Source of the DNA: Pristiophorus japonicus
Lineage: Eukaryota
Length of the DNA stretch: 64,000 nucleotides
Direction of reading: 5' to 3'
NCBI RefSeq assembly: GCF_044704955.1
Contig: NC_091998.1
Location: forward strand, 12,276,001 to 12,340,000
Shown here: positions 22,084 through 35,608 of the stretch, in pieces
How positions within the stretch are numbered: position 1 is the first letter of the stretch
How the letters are laid out: the number at the start of each line of letters is the position of its first letter
Notes under the pieces: model-generated
The model's database searches: none
Told to the model about the DNA's origin: nothing
Seen by the model: the letters and a program-made list of their open reading frames with translations, nothing else
Translations under genes and position numbers: made by a program

Positions 22084-22402
22084 ATCATCATCATCATAGG
22101 CAGTCCCTCGGAATCACAGAAGACTTGCTTCCACTCTTAAAAATGAGTCCTTAGGTGGCTGAACAGTCCAATATGAGAACTACAGTCCGTCACAGGTGGG
22201 ACAAACAGTGGTTGAGGGAAGGGGTGGGAGGGGAGACTGGTTTGCCGCACGCTCTTTCCGCTGTCTGCACTTCATTTCTGCATGCTCTCGGCGATGAGAC
22301 TCGAGGTGCTCAGCGCCCGCCCGGATGCACTTCCTCCACTTAGGGCGGTCTTTGGCCAGGGACTCCCGGGTGCACTTTTTCAGGGAGGCTTTGAGGGTGT
22401 CC
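22084..22402 (-). mobile_element. RTE LINE 3' fragment
   Basis: QRKRYRDTLKASLKKC...DRPKWRKCI...CPTC and a (TGA)n tail. Confidence 0.85.
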
Positions 22403-22849
22403 CTGTAACGTTTCCTCTGCCATAAGGAATTATCATAAGGAATTGACAGGTAAGTGTGCAACATGTGCGCCAATCAAACAAAGAGGCCCAAAAATTTGCT
22501 CTGAGGTTTGTCTTTAATATAGTGCAATGCTGTGCCAGTGGATTTAACTCAGGCTATGAGCTTCCTCCATCTGGTTTGTCAATCAGATCCAATTATTCAA
22601 TGAGCCTAGAACTAGATAACATGAAATGAAAGCATGGAAAAAGCAAAAGATTGAAATTGTATCCAATGCCAAGCTAAATACATAAATCAAATACTAATGG
22701 ATAAGGAGTGTGAACAGAAGCATTCCTTCGGTATGTCTACAGTAAAGCTGGGCCTCTGGAAGTACTGTCTTTGCAGCCTTTGGAAGTACTGGTTTATTTG
22801 ATCAGAATAAAGTTGCAGAGAACATAGCCAGAAATCTGAATTACTGAAA

Positions 22850-23062
22850 AAAAACTTGCATTTATATAGCACCTTTCACGACCACCGGACGTATCAAAGA
22901 GCTTTACAGCCAATGAAGTATTTTGGAGTGTAGGCACTGTTGTAATGTGGGAAACGCGGCAGTCAATTTGCGCACAGCAAGCTCCCACAAACAGCAATGT
23001 GATAATGACCAGATAATCTTTTTTTTTATGTTGATTGAGGGATAAATATTGGCCCAGGACAC
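22850..23062 (-). mobile_element. Deu-domain SINE 3' half
   Basis: Reverse complement of the SINE consensus seen elsewhere in the window. Confidence 0.85.
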
Positions 23063-23810
23063 TATATACTGGGACTATAATACACCCCACATTTTTCACC
23101 CAGGCTCAGATACAACATGAATTACATGTAGAGGAAAGCTACTCTGCCCCTTGGATCGTGCCGTAACCTCAACCTTCTGCTGCACCAATTTAACTTTCTC
23201 TATTTCTCATCCCAGCCGTGCTTGTGGCCTCCGCAAGGAATAGTAAATTTTATGACAAATTGTAGGCTGTCGACTCATCCTCATGAGGAACTGAGCTGGA
23301 CTGATCCAAACTAATTTCACTTCAGACACTTACAAGCATCAGAGAGAGGAAACGGCCTCGGTCTGGGTTTGTTTTAAACCCAAATGCTAGAGGTGAAAGG
23401 GACACGTATGTCTTTCTGGAGTGAAGGATTTATTTTGAACCTTGGGGATAGTGCAATTTAAATTCACAGTAGATGCAGGACAACGTCTCTATTTGGAGCC
23501 AATCCTCATGAAGGGAACAAAGTAATCTACACCAATGCTTGCAAAGCAAGAGCTATTTGTTGATAAATATTATCCTTTAGTGGAAGCGCAGTAACTACCC
23601 TGATAGGCCAACGATGGTGAAAGCTAATATAATATACGACGTGTCATTGACCTGAAACATTAACTCTGTTTCTCTCTCCACAGATGCAGCCTAATCCGCT
23701 GAGATTTCCAGCGTTTTCTGTTTGTATTTCAGACTCCAGCATTCGCATTATTTTACTTTTGTGTTGTGATGGTGAAAGTTACTTCAGTGTCGAGGTACAA
23801 TATTTTTTTA

Positions 23811-24188
23811 CAGCCGGGGCTCAGTGGGTAGCACTCTCTCGTCTCTGATTCAGAAGGTTGTGGGTTCAAGTCCCAGAGACTTAAGTACAGAAATCTAGGC
23901 TGACACTCCCAGTGCAGTGCTGAGGGAGTGCTGCACTGTCGGAGGTGCCGTCTTTCAGATGAGACGTTAAACCGAGGCCCCGGCTGCTCTCTCGGGTGGA
24001 TGTAAAAGATCACATGGCATGATTTTCAAGAAGAGCAGCGGAGTTACCCCCGGTGTCCTGGCCAATATTTATCCCTCAACCAACATCACAAAAAACAGAT
24101 TATCTGGTCATTATCGCAATGCTGTTTGTGGGAGCTTGCTGTGCGCAAATTGGCTGCTGCGCTTTCTACGTTACAACAGTGACTACAA
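23811..24188 (+). mobile_element. Deu-domain SINE with tRNA-derived head, tail missing
   Basis: Box A ggctcagtggg, box B ggttcaagtcc, Deu core. Confidence 0.85.
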
Positions 24189-25050
24189 TCCCTTTATCTT
24201 CTCTCTTTCTCTGCCCACTGCTATCTTTTAACAGAAAATAACCCTGCACGACTCACTCCAAAATTGGCAGCACTCCTGTTTACAAAAGCGTTCCTTTTAA
24301 AATGAAAAACAATTCTCCGAAAGAACAACGATACTTCAAGGCCAGCTTGGAGTTTTACGCGTATTCTCTCAGTACTGCAGTTACAGAATAAAGGCTTTTT
24401 ATTCTTAGCTCAGAACATGCACGTACCTGGCCCTGGCACTTTCTAGGTTTTATACGCACACAACGGTTATTATCAGGGTACAGCCAGCGAACGCCACCAG
24501 CTCAGGTGTATCGGACCCTTGATTAACATCTGGCCTCTTGGGGACTTAGACTATGTGACTTGCCGAGGTGCTGCTAATTCAAATTAAACTACAGAGCCAT
24601 TCGGAAGCCATTCGGCCCAACGTGCCCTTGTTTATGCTCCACACGAGATTCTGCCCACCCTATTTCATCTCAGCCTATCATCACTTCCTTCGATCCCTTT
24701 CTCTCTCATGCTTTTAACTAGCTTCCCCTTAAATGGAACAGCCCCCACGAGCCTGTTCCATCATTCAGTTAGATCTTGGCTGATCTGTAACTTATCTGAT
24801 TTACCTGCCTCAATTCCAAATCCCTCAATGCCCTTGCCTAGCAAAACTCCGAGCAATCTCAGTTTCAAAATTCTTAACTGACCCCCCCAGCCTTGACAGC
24901 TTTTTTGGGGGAAGGTTCCACAGTTGGGCTCGATGAATAAAACCCACTCACCGAAGAGAAATCCGCCAGCTCTAACAACCGGCTGCCCTTGGGGAGTAAG
25001 AGAAGCAGACAGTGCTGCCAGCTATCTCAGCGGACACCTGCCTTTGCTTC

Positions 25051-25610
25051 TGTAATGTACCTGCTTCATGGGTGCCCTTTGCTTAAGAATTCATAGCAAC
25101 ATATTGCTATTAAGAACTAGTTGGTTTATTAACAAAGGTTTAACAATCACACTACACATTACCAGTTCATCCACAAACACCTGCCTCATCGTGGATCCCC
25201 TGAACCCAACTGGCGGGGGTTTTATTGAGTCTTGTGAACATCACATGACCGGCTAAGCCACTCACAACGCAACAGCTCTACAACTATTTAAAAATAACTT
25301 TAAATCAAGTGCCCCTTTTTGTAAGGGCACTAGAAGCCTCAAATTAACTAATTAACTGGGAACTTTGCCAAATTAAATTAAGATTCTGTTGCCGGGGGTG
25401 ATGATGCACTCCAGTCCCTCCGGTGCCCACCCCATATGGAAGGTCGCGAGCTTACCGGTGGACACCGCGTGCTCTATCTCCAGGGACACCCTGGAGCGAA
25501 CGTAACCGCGGAAGAGAGGCAGGCAGTCGGGCTGAACGACCCCCTCGACCGCTCGCTGCCTGGACCGGTTAATGCCACAACAGCTCTACAAACCTGTGAG
25601 CATACTCACA
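25051..25610 (-). mobile_element. Solo LTR (second family) interrupted by a Tx1 fragment
   Basis: TG...CA ends, near-perfect 5-bp TSD GCTTC/GCTGC, two AATAAA motifs on the minus strand. Confidence 0.65.
25284..25577 (-). mobile_element. Tx1-clade LINE 3' fragment
   Basis: Encodes ...LPLFRGYVRSRVSLEIEHAVSTG...WAPEGLECIITPGNRILI*; 14-bp TSD CAACAGCTCTACAA (25270-25283, 25578-25591); homologous to 54690-55010. Confidence 0.8.
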
Positions 25611-25685
25611 GCTGCATACATTACAGCTTCCAGTAGCAGTATACAGAAGCAGACTTTTCCGAGAGGGGTGTTTGTCATTAATAAC

Positions 25686-25790
25686 ACTCACCTCCAACGT
25701 TCCCCCGAATCGATCGCGAGATCCTGCGCAGGCTGCTGGAAGAGATACCGCGCATACGCGGCCGCTGCGTATTTAAAGGCACAAAGAAGG
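25686..25790 (-). promoter_or_regulatory. Putative CpG-rich promoter and short non-coding first exon
   Basis: Minus strand: TTTAAATA about 25 bp before the pyrimidine initiator TCTCTTCC (about 25744), NRF1-like GCGTATGCGC and CTGCGCAG, TCTCGCGAtc motif, strong donor GAG/GTGAGT at 25692/25691. Confidence 0.5.
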
Positions 25791-26079
25791 AACATTGATC
25801 GCCTCTCTAATATGTCGCTCTGTACCTGTGTGATCTGGCAGCCCACCACCTGCTTGTTTTTCTGAGGTTCAAATGTTTTTATTTATTTTCTTAAAGCAGA
25901 GTTCAGAACTGAAAAAAGCTGCAGAGAATCGCTCTTCAATATTACAGTTTGTAAACCCTGGTTAGCAACTCGTGCTACTCAGCATTCCTACTGTTCGTAA
26001 TCTGGACAAGTTAAATTGAAGGAAGTGATAGTTTATATTCAACTGAAACTGAAATAAGAAAAGATTTTAGTTGAAACAT

Positions 26080-26475
26080 TATAGGTCCGTGCCGGTGTTT
26101 ATGCTCCACACGAGCCTCCTCCCACCTCTCTTCATCTCACCCTATTAATATATCCTTCTATTCACTTCTCCCTCATGTGCTCATTCAGCTTCCCCTTAAA
26201 TGCATCTAAGCTACTCACCTCAGCCACTCCCCATGGTAGTGAGTACCACATTCTCTCCACCCTCTGGGTAAAGAGGGTTCTCCTGAATTGCCTATTTACT
26301 TGGTAGTGACAATTTTATATTTATGGACCCTGGTTTTGAACATCCCCACAAGTGGAAATACTCTCTCTACATCTACCCTATCAAACCATTTCATAATCTT
26401 AAAGACCTCTATTAAGTCACCCCTCAGTCTCTTTTCCAGAGCAAAAGATTCCCAGTCTGTTCAGTCTCTCCTGAT
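26080..26475 (-). mobile_element. Old CR1 3' fragment
   Basis: Degenerate ORF2 end and 3' UTR (tttatgctccacacgagcctcc) shared with 345-430 and 24600-24740. Confidence 0.7.
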
Positions 26476-26689
26476 ACTAACAGATCGCCAATGGCATTGC
26501 TTACAATAGGGCACTGGATTTGCTGTTAAATAAGGATAGAAACATTATAAGATATAACTCACAACGTGTTATTCTGTTGCTAAAATGCAGCTGTGTTTGA
26601 CTGGGGGTGATTTTAACCCGACTCAACAATAGAATTTAGGCTGGTAGGCAATTAAAATGCCCCGGATTCCCGTTAGGGGATTCTTACTT

Positions 26690-26960
26690 CATAGAATCAT
26701 AGAATGATTACAGCACAGAAGGAGGCCATTTGGCCCGTCGAGCCCGTGCCAGCTCTCTGCAAGAGCACTTAAACTAATCCCACTCCCCCCACCCCTTTCC
26801 CATAGCCCTGCAAGCATTTTTCCTTCAGGTACTTATCCAATTCCCTTTTGAAAGCCACAATTGAATGTGTCTCCACCACCCTTTCAGGCAGTGCATTCCA
26901 GATCCTAACCCACTTGCTGCATAAAAACGCTTTTCCTCATGTCTTGGGTTCTTCTGTCAA
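26690..26960 (-). mobile_element. CR1 3' fragment, family with (ATAGAATC) tail
   Basis: Same family as 48028-48160, 51664-52005, 55615-56080 and 56208-56300. Confidence 0.75.
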
Positions 26961-29513
26961 TCAATTATTAAATATGTAATAGCAGAGCACTTGGAAAGCA
27001 GTGACAGGATCGGTCCAAGTCAGTATGGATTTATGAAAGGGAAATCATGCTTGACAAATCTTTTAGAATTTTTTGAGGATGTAACTAGTAGAGTGGACAA
27101 GGGAGAACCAGTGGATGTGGTGTATTTGGACTTTCAAAAGGCTTTTGACAAGGTCCCACACAAGAGATTGGTGTGCAAAATTAAAGCACATGGTATTGGA
27201 AGTAATGTATTGACATGGATAGAGAACTGGTTGGCAGACAGGAAGCAAAGAGTAGGAAACATAGAAACATAGAAAATAGGTGCAGGAGTATGCCACTCGG
27301 CCCCTCGAGCCTGCACCGCCATTCAATAAGATCATGGCTGATCATTCCCTCAGTACCCGTTTCCTGCTTTCTCTCCATACCCACTGATCCCCTTAGCCAT
27401 AAGAGCATATCTAACTCCCTCTTGAATATATCCAATGAACTGGCATCAACAACTCTCTGCGGCAGGGAATTCCACAGGTTAACAACTCTCTGAGTGAAGA
27501 AGTTTCTCCTCATCTCAGTCCTAAATGGCCTAACCCTTATCCTAAGACTATGTCACCTGGTTCTGGACTTCCTCAACATTGGGAACATTCTTGCCACATC
27601 TAACCTGTCCAGTCCCGTCAGAATCTTATACGTTTCTATGAGCTCCCCTCTCATCCTTCTAAACTCCAGTGAATAAAGGCCCAGTTGATCCAGTCTCTCC
27701 TCATACGTCAGTCCAGCCATCCCGGGAATCAGTCTGGTGAACCTTCGCTGCACTCCCTCAATAGCAAGAACATCCTTCCTCAGATTAGGAGACCAAAACT
27801 GAACATAATATTCCAGGTTAGGCCTCACTAAGGTCCTGCACAACTGCAGTAAGAGCTCCCTGCTCTTATACTCAAATCCTCTCGCTATGAAGGCCAACAC
27901 ACCATTTGACTTCTTCACCGCCTGCTGTACCTGCATGCCAAACTTCAATGACTGATGAACCATGACACCCAGGTCTCATTGCACCTCCCCTTTTCCTAAT
28001 CTGCCGCCATTCAGATAATATTCTGCCTTCGTGTTTTTGCCCCCAAAATGGATAACCTCACATTTATCCACATTATACTGCATCTGCCATGCATTTGCCC
28101 ACTCACCTAACCTGTCCAAGTCAACCTGCAGCCTCTTAGCATCCTCCTCACAGCTCACACCGCCACCCAGTTTAGTGTCATCTGCAAAGTTGGAGTTATT
28201 ACACTCAATTCCTTCATCTAAATCGTTAATGTATATTGTAAAGAGCTGGGGTCCCAGCACTGAGCCCTGCGGCACTCCACTAGTCACTGCCTGCCGTTCT
28301 GAAAAGGACCCGTTTATCCCGACTCTCTGCTTCCTGTCTGCCAACCAGTTCTCTATCCACGTCAATACATTACCCCCAATACCATGCGCTTTGACTTTGC
28401 ACACCAATCTCTTGTGCGGGAACTTGTCAAAAGCCTTTTGAAAGTCCAAATACACCAAATCCACTGGTTTTCCCTTGTCCAATCTGCTAGTTACATCCTC
28501 AAAAAATTCCAGAAGATTTGTCAAGCATGATTTCCCTTTCATAAATCTATGCTGACTTGGACCGATCCTGCCACTGCTTTCCAAATGCGCTGCTATTTCA
28601 TCCTTAATGATTGATTCCAACATTTTCCCCACTACTGATGTCAGGCTAACCGATCAATAATTACCCGTTTTGTCTCTCCCTCCTTTTTAAAAAAATGGTG
28701 TTACATTAGCTACCCTCCAGTCCATAGGAACTGATCCAGAGTCGCTAGACTGTTGTAAAATAATCACCAATTCATCCACTATTTCTAGTACTCTGGGATG
28801 CAGACTATCAGTCCCCAGGGATATATCAGCCTTCAATCCCATCAAATTCCCTAACATAATTTCCCGTCGAATAAGGATATCCTTCAGTTCCTCCTTCTCA
28901 CTAGACCCACTGTCCCCTCGTACATTCGGAAGGTTACTCGTGTCTTCCTTCGTGAAGACAGAACCGAAGTATTTGTTCAATTGGTCTGCCATTTCTTTGT
29001 TCCCCATTATAAATTCGCCTGAATCTGACTGCAAGGTAACTACATTTGTCTTCACTAATCTTTTTCTCTTCACATATTTATAGAAGCTTTTGCAGTCAGC
29101 TTTTATGTTCCCTGCAAGCTTCCTCTCGTACTCTATTTTGCCCCTCTTAATTAAACCCTTAGTCCTCCTCTGTTGAATTCTAAATTTCTCCCAATCCTCA
29201 GGTTTGTTACTTTTTCTAGCCAATTTATATGCCTCTTCCTTGGTGTCATGTATTCAACCAGTATTGTAATCCATGTATAAACTGACCTAAGTTGTACACC
29301 GTGAGAACACTGACCACTAGGCGGGAGACACTCCTAACCTGGACCTTCAGGTATAAAAGGGAAAGCTCCACCCACCTTCATCACTTGAGTGCTAAGGAAT
29401 AAAGGACAGATCACAGACTGACCTTCTCTCAAGCATGGGCCTCGTGTGCATTTATACTGTGTAGTAAGGACGTATCAATGGCGACAAGAAACTGGGATTT
29501 AAACCACGCGAGC

Positions 29514-32500
29514 ATGGCCACTAGCAGAACAGACGAGAGGTACTGTGTTAAGGAATGGTTGGGACAGAGATTCAACATTGTTAAAGCAGCACACAGTTCT
29601 CCAGGCAGACAAGGGCAGTCAGGCATGCCCCAACATGTAGTCGAACCCAGAGGGGGAGTTCGACAGAGACAATGGCTAGCTGAACAGTGATTCATGCCAT
29701 TGCAAGGGACAATGCGGCCAGTAATGGGGCCATCAACACCTGTTAATGTTGCACTCAAGGACAATAACAGGGGCAGTCAGGGACGATCGACTGGCAAGGG
29801 ACCTTTTGTTTCAAACAGCAACTCATGCTGGAGGTGTGGAGGCACACATTCAGGCGAAGTTTGCAGAGATGAGCAAAATACCTGCAGAAATTGCAGAAAT
29901 GGACACTGGGGGAAATCGCTGGAAGCTGAAGTTCAGCGAGTTCATGTGGAGCACGTATACAGTTCATACACCAGGACGCCACCGATAATGATGAAAGTGC
30001 TCCTCAATGATATCCCAGTATCAATGGAGTTAGACACGGGTGCCAGCCAGTCCCTGATGGGTATCAAACAGTTTGAAAAGTTGTGGGCATCCAAGGCCAG
30101 GAGGCCAAAATTATCGTCGATTGACGCACAGCTACGGACTTACACAAAGCAGATCATTCCGGTGCTAGGCAGCGCCACGGTAGTCGTGACCCACAAAGAT
30201 TCGGAGAACAGGTTGCCACTCTGGATTGTCCCAGGGGACGGTCCCGCACTACTGGGGAGGAGTTGGCTTGCTGTCATGAACTGGAAATGGGGCGATATCA
30301 ATGCAATTTCCTCTGTGGAGAGAGTATCATGCTCACATGTCCTGGACAAATTTGAGTCATTATTTCAACCCGGCATTGGCACTTTCATGGGGGCCAAGGT
30401 AGTGATTCACATAAACCCGGACGCCAGACCAGTACACCACAAGGCCAGAGCGGTGCCATACGTGATGCGGGAAAAGATAGAAGGCGAATTGGACCGCCTG
30501 TTGAGGGAAGGCATCATCTCGCCAGTCGAATTCAGTGACTGGGCGAGCCCGATTGTGCTCAAGGCGGATGGGTCGGTCAGGATATGTGGCGATTACAAGG
30601 CCACCATCAATCGGGTGGCACTCCAAGACCAGTACCCGCTACCGAGAGCGGAGGACCTCTTTGCGACGCTATCCGGTGGCAAACTTTTTTCAAAATTGGA
30701 CCTGACCTCAGCTTACATGACCCAGGAGCTGGCGAGTGAGTCGAAGAAGCTAACCACCATCACGACACACAAGGGGTTGTTTGAGTACAACAGATGTCCG
30801 TTCGGGATTCGCTCGGCCGCCGCGATCTTCCAACGAAATATGGAAAGCCTCCTCAAGTCGATTCCAGGGACGGTGGTTTTTCAGGACGACATCCTCATTA
30901 CGGGTTACGATACTGAAGAACACCTCCACAACCTGGAGGAGGTGCTACGCAGACTGGACCGGGTAGGTCTGCGACTGAAAAAGGCGAAGTGCGTCTTCCT
31001 AGCTCCAGAGGTAGAATTCCTGGGGATGAGGATAGCAGCAGACGGGATCAGCCCTACTGCATCCAAGACAGAAACGATCCAGAGAGCACTCAGACCCCGT
31101 AACACGATGGAGCTGCGTTCGTTCCTGGGGCTCCTGAACTATTTTGGTAACTTTCTTCCCAAATTGAGCACGCTGCTAGAGCCGCTACACGTGCTCCTAC
31201 GCAAAGGTCGCGAATGGGTCTGGGGGGACAGCCAGGAAAGTGGCTTTTAATAGAGCACGCAATTTGTTATGTTCCAACAATCTGTCAACGCTATATGACC
31301 CATGTAAGAAACTTGTGTTAACGTGCGATGCGTCGTCCTATGGTGTCGGGTGTGTGTTGCAGCATGTCAATGCCAAGGGTCAGTTACAGCCGGTAGCTTA
31401 TGCCTCCAGGTGTCTGTCCCAGGCAGAAAGGGGCTACGGGATGGTAGAAAAGGAAGTGCTTGCATGTGTATATGCGGTAAAGAAAATGCACCAGTACCTG
31501 TTTGGCAGGAAATTTGAGCTGGAGACAGATCGCAAACCCCTAACGTCCCTTTTGGCCGACAACAAGGCCATAAATGCAAACGCATCGGCCCGCATACAGA
31601 GGTGGGCACTCAAGTTAGCTGCCTATGACTACACAATTCGGCACAGACTGGGCACTGAAAACTGCGCCGATGCACTCAGCAGGCTCCCACTAGCCACCAC
31701 TGAGGGGGCTACCGAGCATGGTGCTGAGATGGTCATGGCTGTTGAAGCTTTCGGAAGCGAAGGCTCACCCGTGACAGCCCGTCAGATTAAAGTCTGGACA
31801 AATAGAGACCCACTATTGTCTCTAGTCAAGAAATGTGTCCTGAATGGGGACTGGGCAGCCACGTACAGGGCATGCCCTGAGAAATGTAAACCATTTCACA
31901 GGCGCAAGGATGAACTCTCGATTCAGGCCGATTGCCTACTGTGGGGAAACCGCATAGTCATGCCCCAGATGGGCAGAGAGGTGTTCATCAGAGAACTCCA
32001 CAATGGGCACCCGGGCATTGTCACGATGAAGGCAATTGCCAGGTCACACGTTTGGTGGCCAGGGATAGACGCAGATCTGGAACTTTGTGTTCGCAGGTGC
32101 AACACGTGTGCCCAGCTAGGCCATGCGCCCAGGGAAGCCCCCCTTAGCCCCTGGCCATGGCCCGCCAAGCCTTGGTCACGCATCCATGTGGACTACGCAG
32201 GTCCTTTCATGGGGAAAATGTTTTTGGTTGTAGTAGACGCCTACGCCAAATGGATCGAGTGTGATATTTTAAATTCAAGCACATCCTCTGCCACAATAGA
32301 AAGTCTACGGGCAATGTTCGCCGCCCACGATCTACCGGACATCTTGGTCAGCGACAATGGCCCGTGCTTCACAAGCACTGAATTCCAGGACTTCATGGCA
32401 GGCAATGGAATTAACCATGTTAGAACGGCACCGTTCAAGCCGGCCTCAAACGGCCAGGCAGAACGAGCAGTGCAGATAATCAAACAGGAGATGCTCAGAT

Positions 32501-33065
32501 TCCAAGGGGGTTCCCTACAAACCCGCTTATCACGTCTCCTGTTGGCCTATAGATCCCGACCACAATCGCTCACAGGGGTTCCACCCGCAGAGCTACTAAT
32601 GAAAAGGACGCTCAAAACCCGATTATCCCTTATACGCCCCACCATGAAAGAAATTGTCGAGAGCAGGCGCCAGTCACAATATCACTACCATGACAGGAAT
32701 GCAAGGGCGCGACGTATTGATGTAAATGATCCTGTTTTTATCCTCAACTACGCTGCAGGGCCCAAATGGCTCGCAGGCACTGTGGTTGCCAAAGAGGGAA
32801 ATAGGATTCTGGTAGTTAAACTTACCAATTGACAAATCTGCCGCAAACATGTGGATCAAACAAAAAGGAGGTTCAGCAACCCCATAGAAGAAGCAGAGGA
32901 AGAACACGATATAGAGTTCAGTCCACCACAGGTGACCGAACACCAGAACCAAAGGGAGGAGAGCCCAGTCACTGTGGGCAGTCCGGACAGGCCTGAGGCA
33001 CTGCAAACAGCAGACACTCAGGCCAGCGCCCAACAACCGGAGTCCCAACTCAGGCGCTCTACAAG
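29514..33065 (+). pseudogene. Gypsy gag-pol: shortened Gag, protease, RT, RNase H, integrase
   Basis: CWRCGGTH knuckle, LDTGA, FQDD, CDAS, H-H-C-C, VDYAG/SDNG/AER; stops at 29688 and 32830, frameshift at about 31240; last codons (ERKPPERLNL*) displaced to 35615-35648. Confidence 0.93.
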
Positions 33066-35608
33066 AACATAAGAACATAAGAACATAAGAATTAGGAACA
33101 GGAGTAGGCCATCTAGCCCCTCGAGCCTGCTCCGCCATTCAATAAGATCATGGCTGATCTGGTCGTGGACTCAGCTCCACTTACCCGCCCTCTCCCCGTA
33201 ACCCTTAATTCCCTTATTGCTTAAAAATCTATCTATCTTTGACTTGAAAACATTCAATGAGCCAGCCTCAACTGCTTCCTTGGGCAGAGAATTCCACAGA
33301 TTCACAACCCTCTGCGAGAAGAAATTCTTTCTCAACTCGGTTTTAAATTGGCTCCTCCGTATTTTGAGGCTGTGCCCCCTAGTTCTAGTCTCCCCGACCA
33401 GTGGAAACAACCTCTCTGCCTCTATCTTGTCTATCCCTTTCATGATTTTAAATGTTTCTATAAGATCACCCCTCATCCTTCTGAACTCCAACAAGTAAAG
33501 ACCCAGTCTACTCAATCTATCATCATAAGTTAACCCCCTCATTTCTCATATCAGCCTAGTGAATCGTCACTGTACCCCTTCCAAAGCTAGTATATCCTTC
33601 CTTAAGTAAGGTGACCAAAACTGCACGCAGTACTCCAGGTGCGGCCTTACCAATACCTTATACAGTTGCAGCAACCCCTCCCTGCTTTTGTACTCCATCC
33701 CTTTCGCAATGAAGGCCAACATTCCATTTGCCTTCCTGATTACCTGCTGCACCTGCAAACTAACCTTTTGGGATTCATGCACAAGGACCCCCAGGTCCCT
33801 CTGCACCACAGCATGTTGTAATTTCTCCCCATTCAAATAATATTCCCTTTTACTGTTTTTTTTCCCAAGGTGGATGACCTCACACTTTCCGACATTGTAT
33901 TCCATCTGCCAAACCTTAGCCTATTCGCTTAACCTATCCAAATCTCCTTGTAGCCTCTCTGAGTCCTCTACACAACCCGCTTTCCCACTAATCTTAGTGT
34001 CATCTGCAAATTTTGTTGCACTACACTCTGTCCCCTCCTCTAGGTCATCTATGTATATTGTAAACAGTTGTGGTCCCAGCACTGATCCCTGTGGCACTAA
34101 CCACTGATTTCCAACCGGAAAAGGACCCATTTATCCCGACTCTCTGCTTTCTGTTCGCCAGCCAATTCTCTATCCATGCTAATACATTTCCTCTGACTCC
34201 GCGTACCTTTATCTTCTGCAGTAACCTTTTGTGTGGCACCTTATCGAATGCCTTTTGGAAATCTAAATACACCACATCCATCGGTACACCTCTATCCACC
34301 ATGCTCGTTATATCCTCAAAGAATTCCAGTAAGTTAGTTAAACATGATTTCCCTTTCATGAGTCCATGCTGCGTCTGCTTGATTGCACTATTCCTATCCA
34401 GATGTCCCGCTATTTCTTCCTTAATGATAGTTTCAAGCATTTTCCCCACTACAGATGTTAAACTAACCGGCCTATAGTTACCTGCCTTTTGCCTGCCCCC
34501 TTTTTTAAACAGAGGCATTACATTAGCTGCTCTCCAATCCGCTGGTACCTCCCAAGAGTCCAGAGAATTTTCGTAGATTATAACAAATGCATCAGCTATA
34601 ACTTCCGCCATCTCTTTTAATACCCTGGGATGCATTTCATCAGGACCAGGGGACTTGTCTACCTTCAATCCCATTAGTCTGTCCAGCACTACCTCCCTCG
34701 TGATAGTGATCATCTCAAGGTCCTCCCTTCCCACATTCCTATGACCAGCAATTTTTGGATGGTTTTTGTGTCTTCCACTGTGAAGACGGAAGCAAAATAA
34801 TTGTTTAAGGTCTCAGTTATTTCCACATTTCCCATTATTAAATCCCCCTTTTCATCTTCTAAGGGACCAACATTTACTTTAATCACTCTTTTCCGTTTTA
34901 TATATCTGTAAAAGCTTTTACTATCTGTTTTTATGTTTTGCGCATGTTTACCTTCGTAATCTATCTTCCCTTTCTTTATTGCTTTTTTAGTCATTCTTTG
35001 CTGTTGCTTAAAATCTTCCCAATCCTCTAGTTTCCCACTAACCTTGGCCACCTTATACGCATTGGTCTTTGATTTGATACTTTCCTTTATTTCCTTGGTT
35101 ATCCACAGCTGGTTATCTCTTCTCTTGCCGCCCTTCTTTTTCACTGGAATATATTTTTGTTGCGCATTATGAAAGAGCTCCTTAAAAGTCCTCCACTGTT
35201 CCTCAATTGTGCCACCGTTTAGTCCTTGTTTCCAGTCTACTTTAGCCAACTCTGCCCTCATCCCACTGTAGTCCCCTTTGTTTAAGCATAGTACTCTCGT
35301 TTCTGACACAACTTCCTCACTCTCAATCTGTATTACAAATTCAACCATATTGTGATCACTCATTCCGAGAGGATCTTTTACGAGGAGATCGTTTATTTTT
35401 CCTGTCTCGTTACACAGGACCAGATCCAAAATGGCTTGCTCCCTTGTAGGCTCTGTTACATACTGTTCTAAGAAACAATCCCGTATGCATTCTATGAATT
35501 CCTCCTCCAGGCTACCCCCTGCGATTTGATTTGACCAATCGATATGTAGGTTAAAATCCCCCATAACTACTGCCGTTCCTTTTTCACATGCCTCCATTAT
35601 TCCCTTGA
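33066..35608 (-). mobile_element. 5'-truncated CR1 inserted in the Gypsy pol 3' end
   Basis: (AAGAACAT)n tail, RT and partial APE ORFs, 6-bp TSD TACAAG (33060-33065, 35609-35614). Confidence 0.93.

Noticed and set aside
23811-23880. tRNA genes here and at 56510-56580 and 49100-49160
   Set aside because: Box A/B heads run directly into SINE bodies; no complete cloverleaf.
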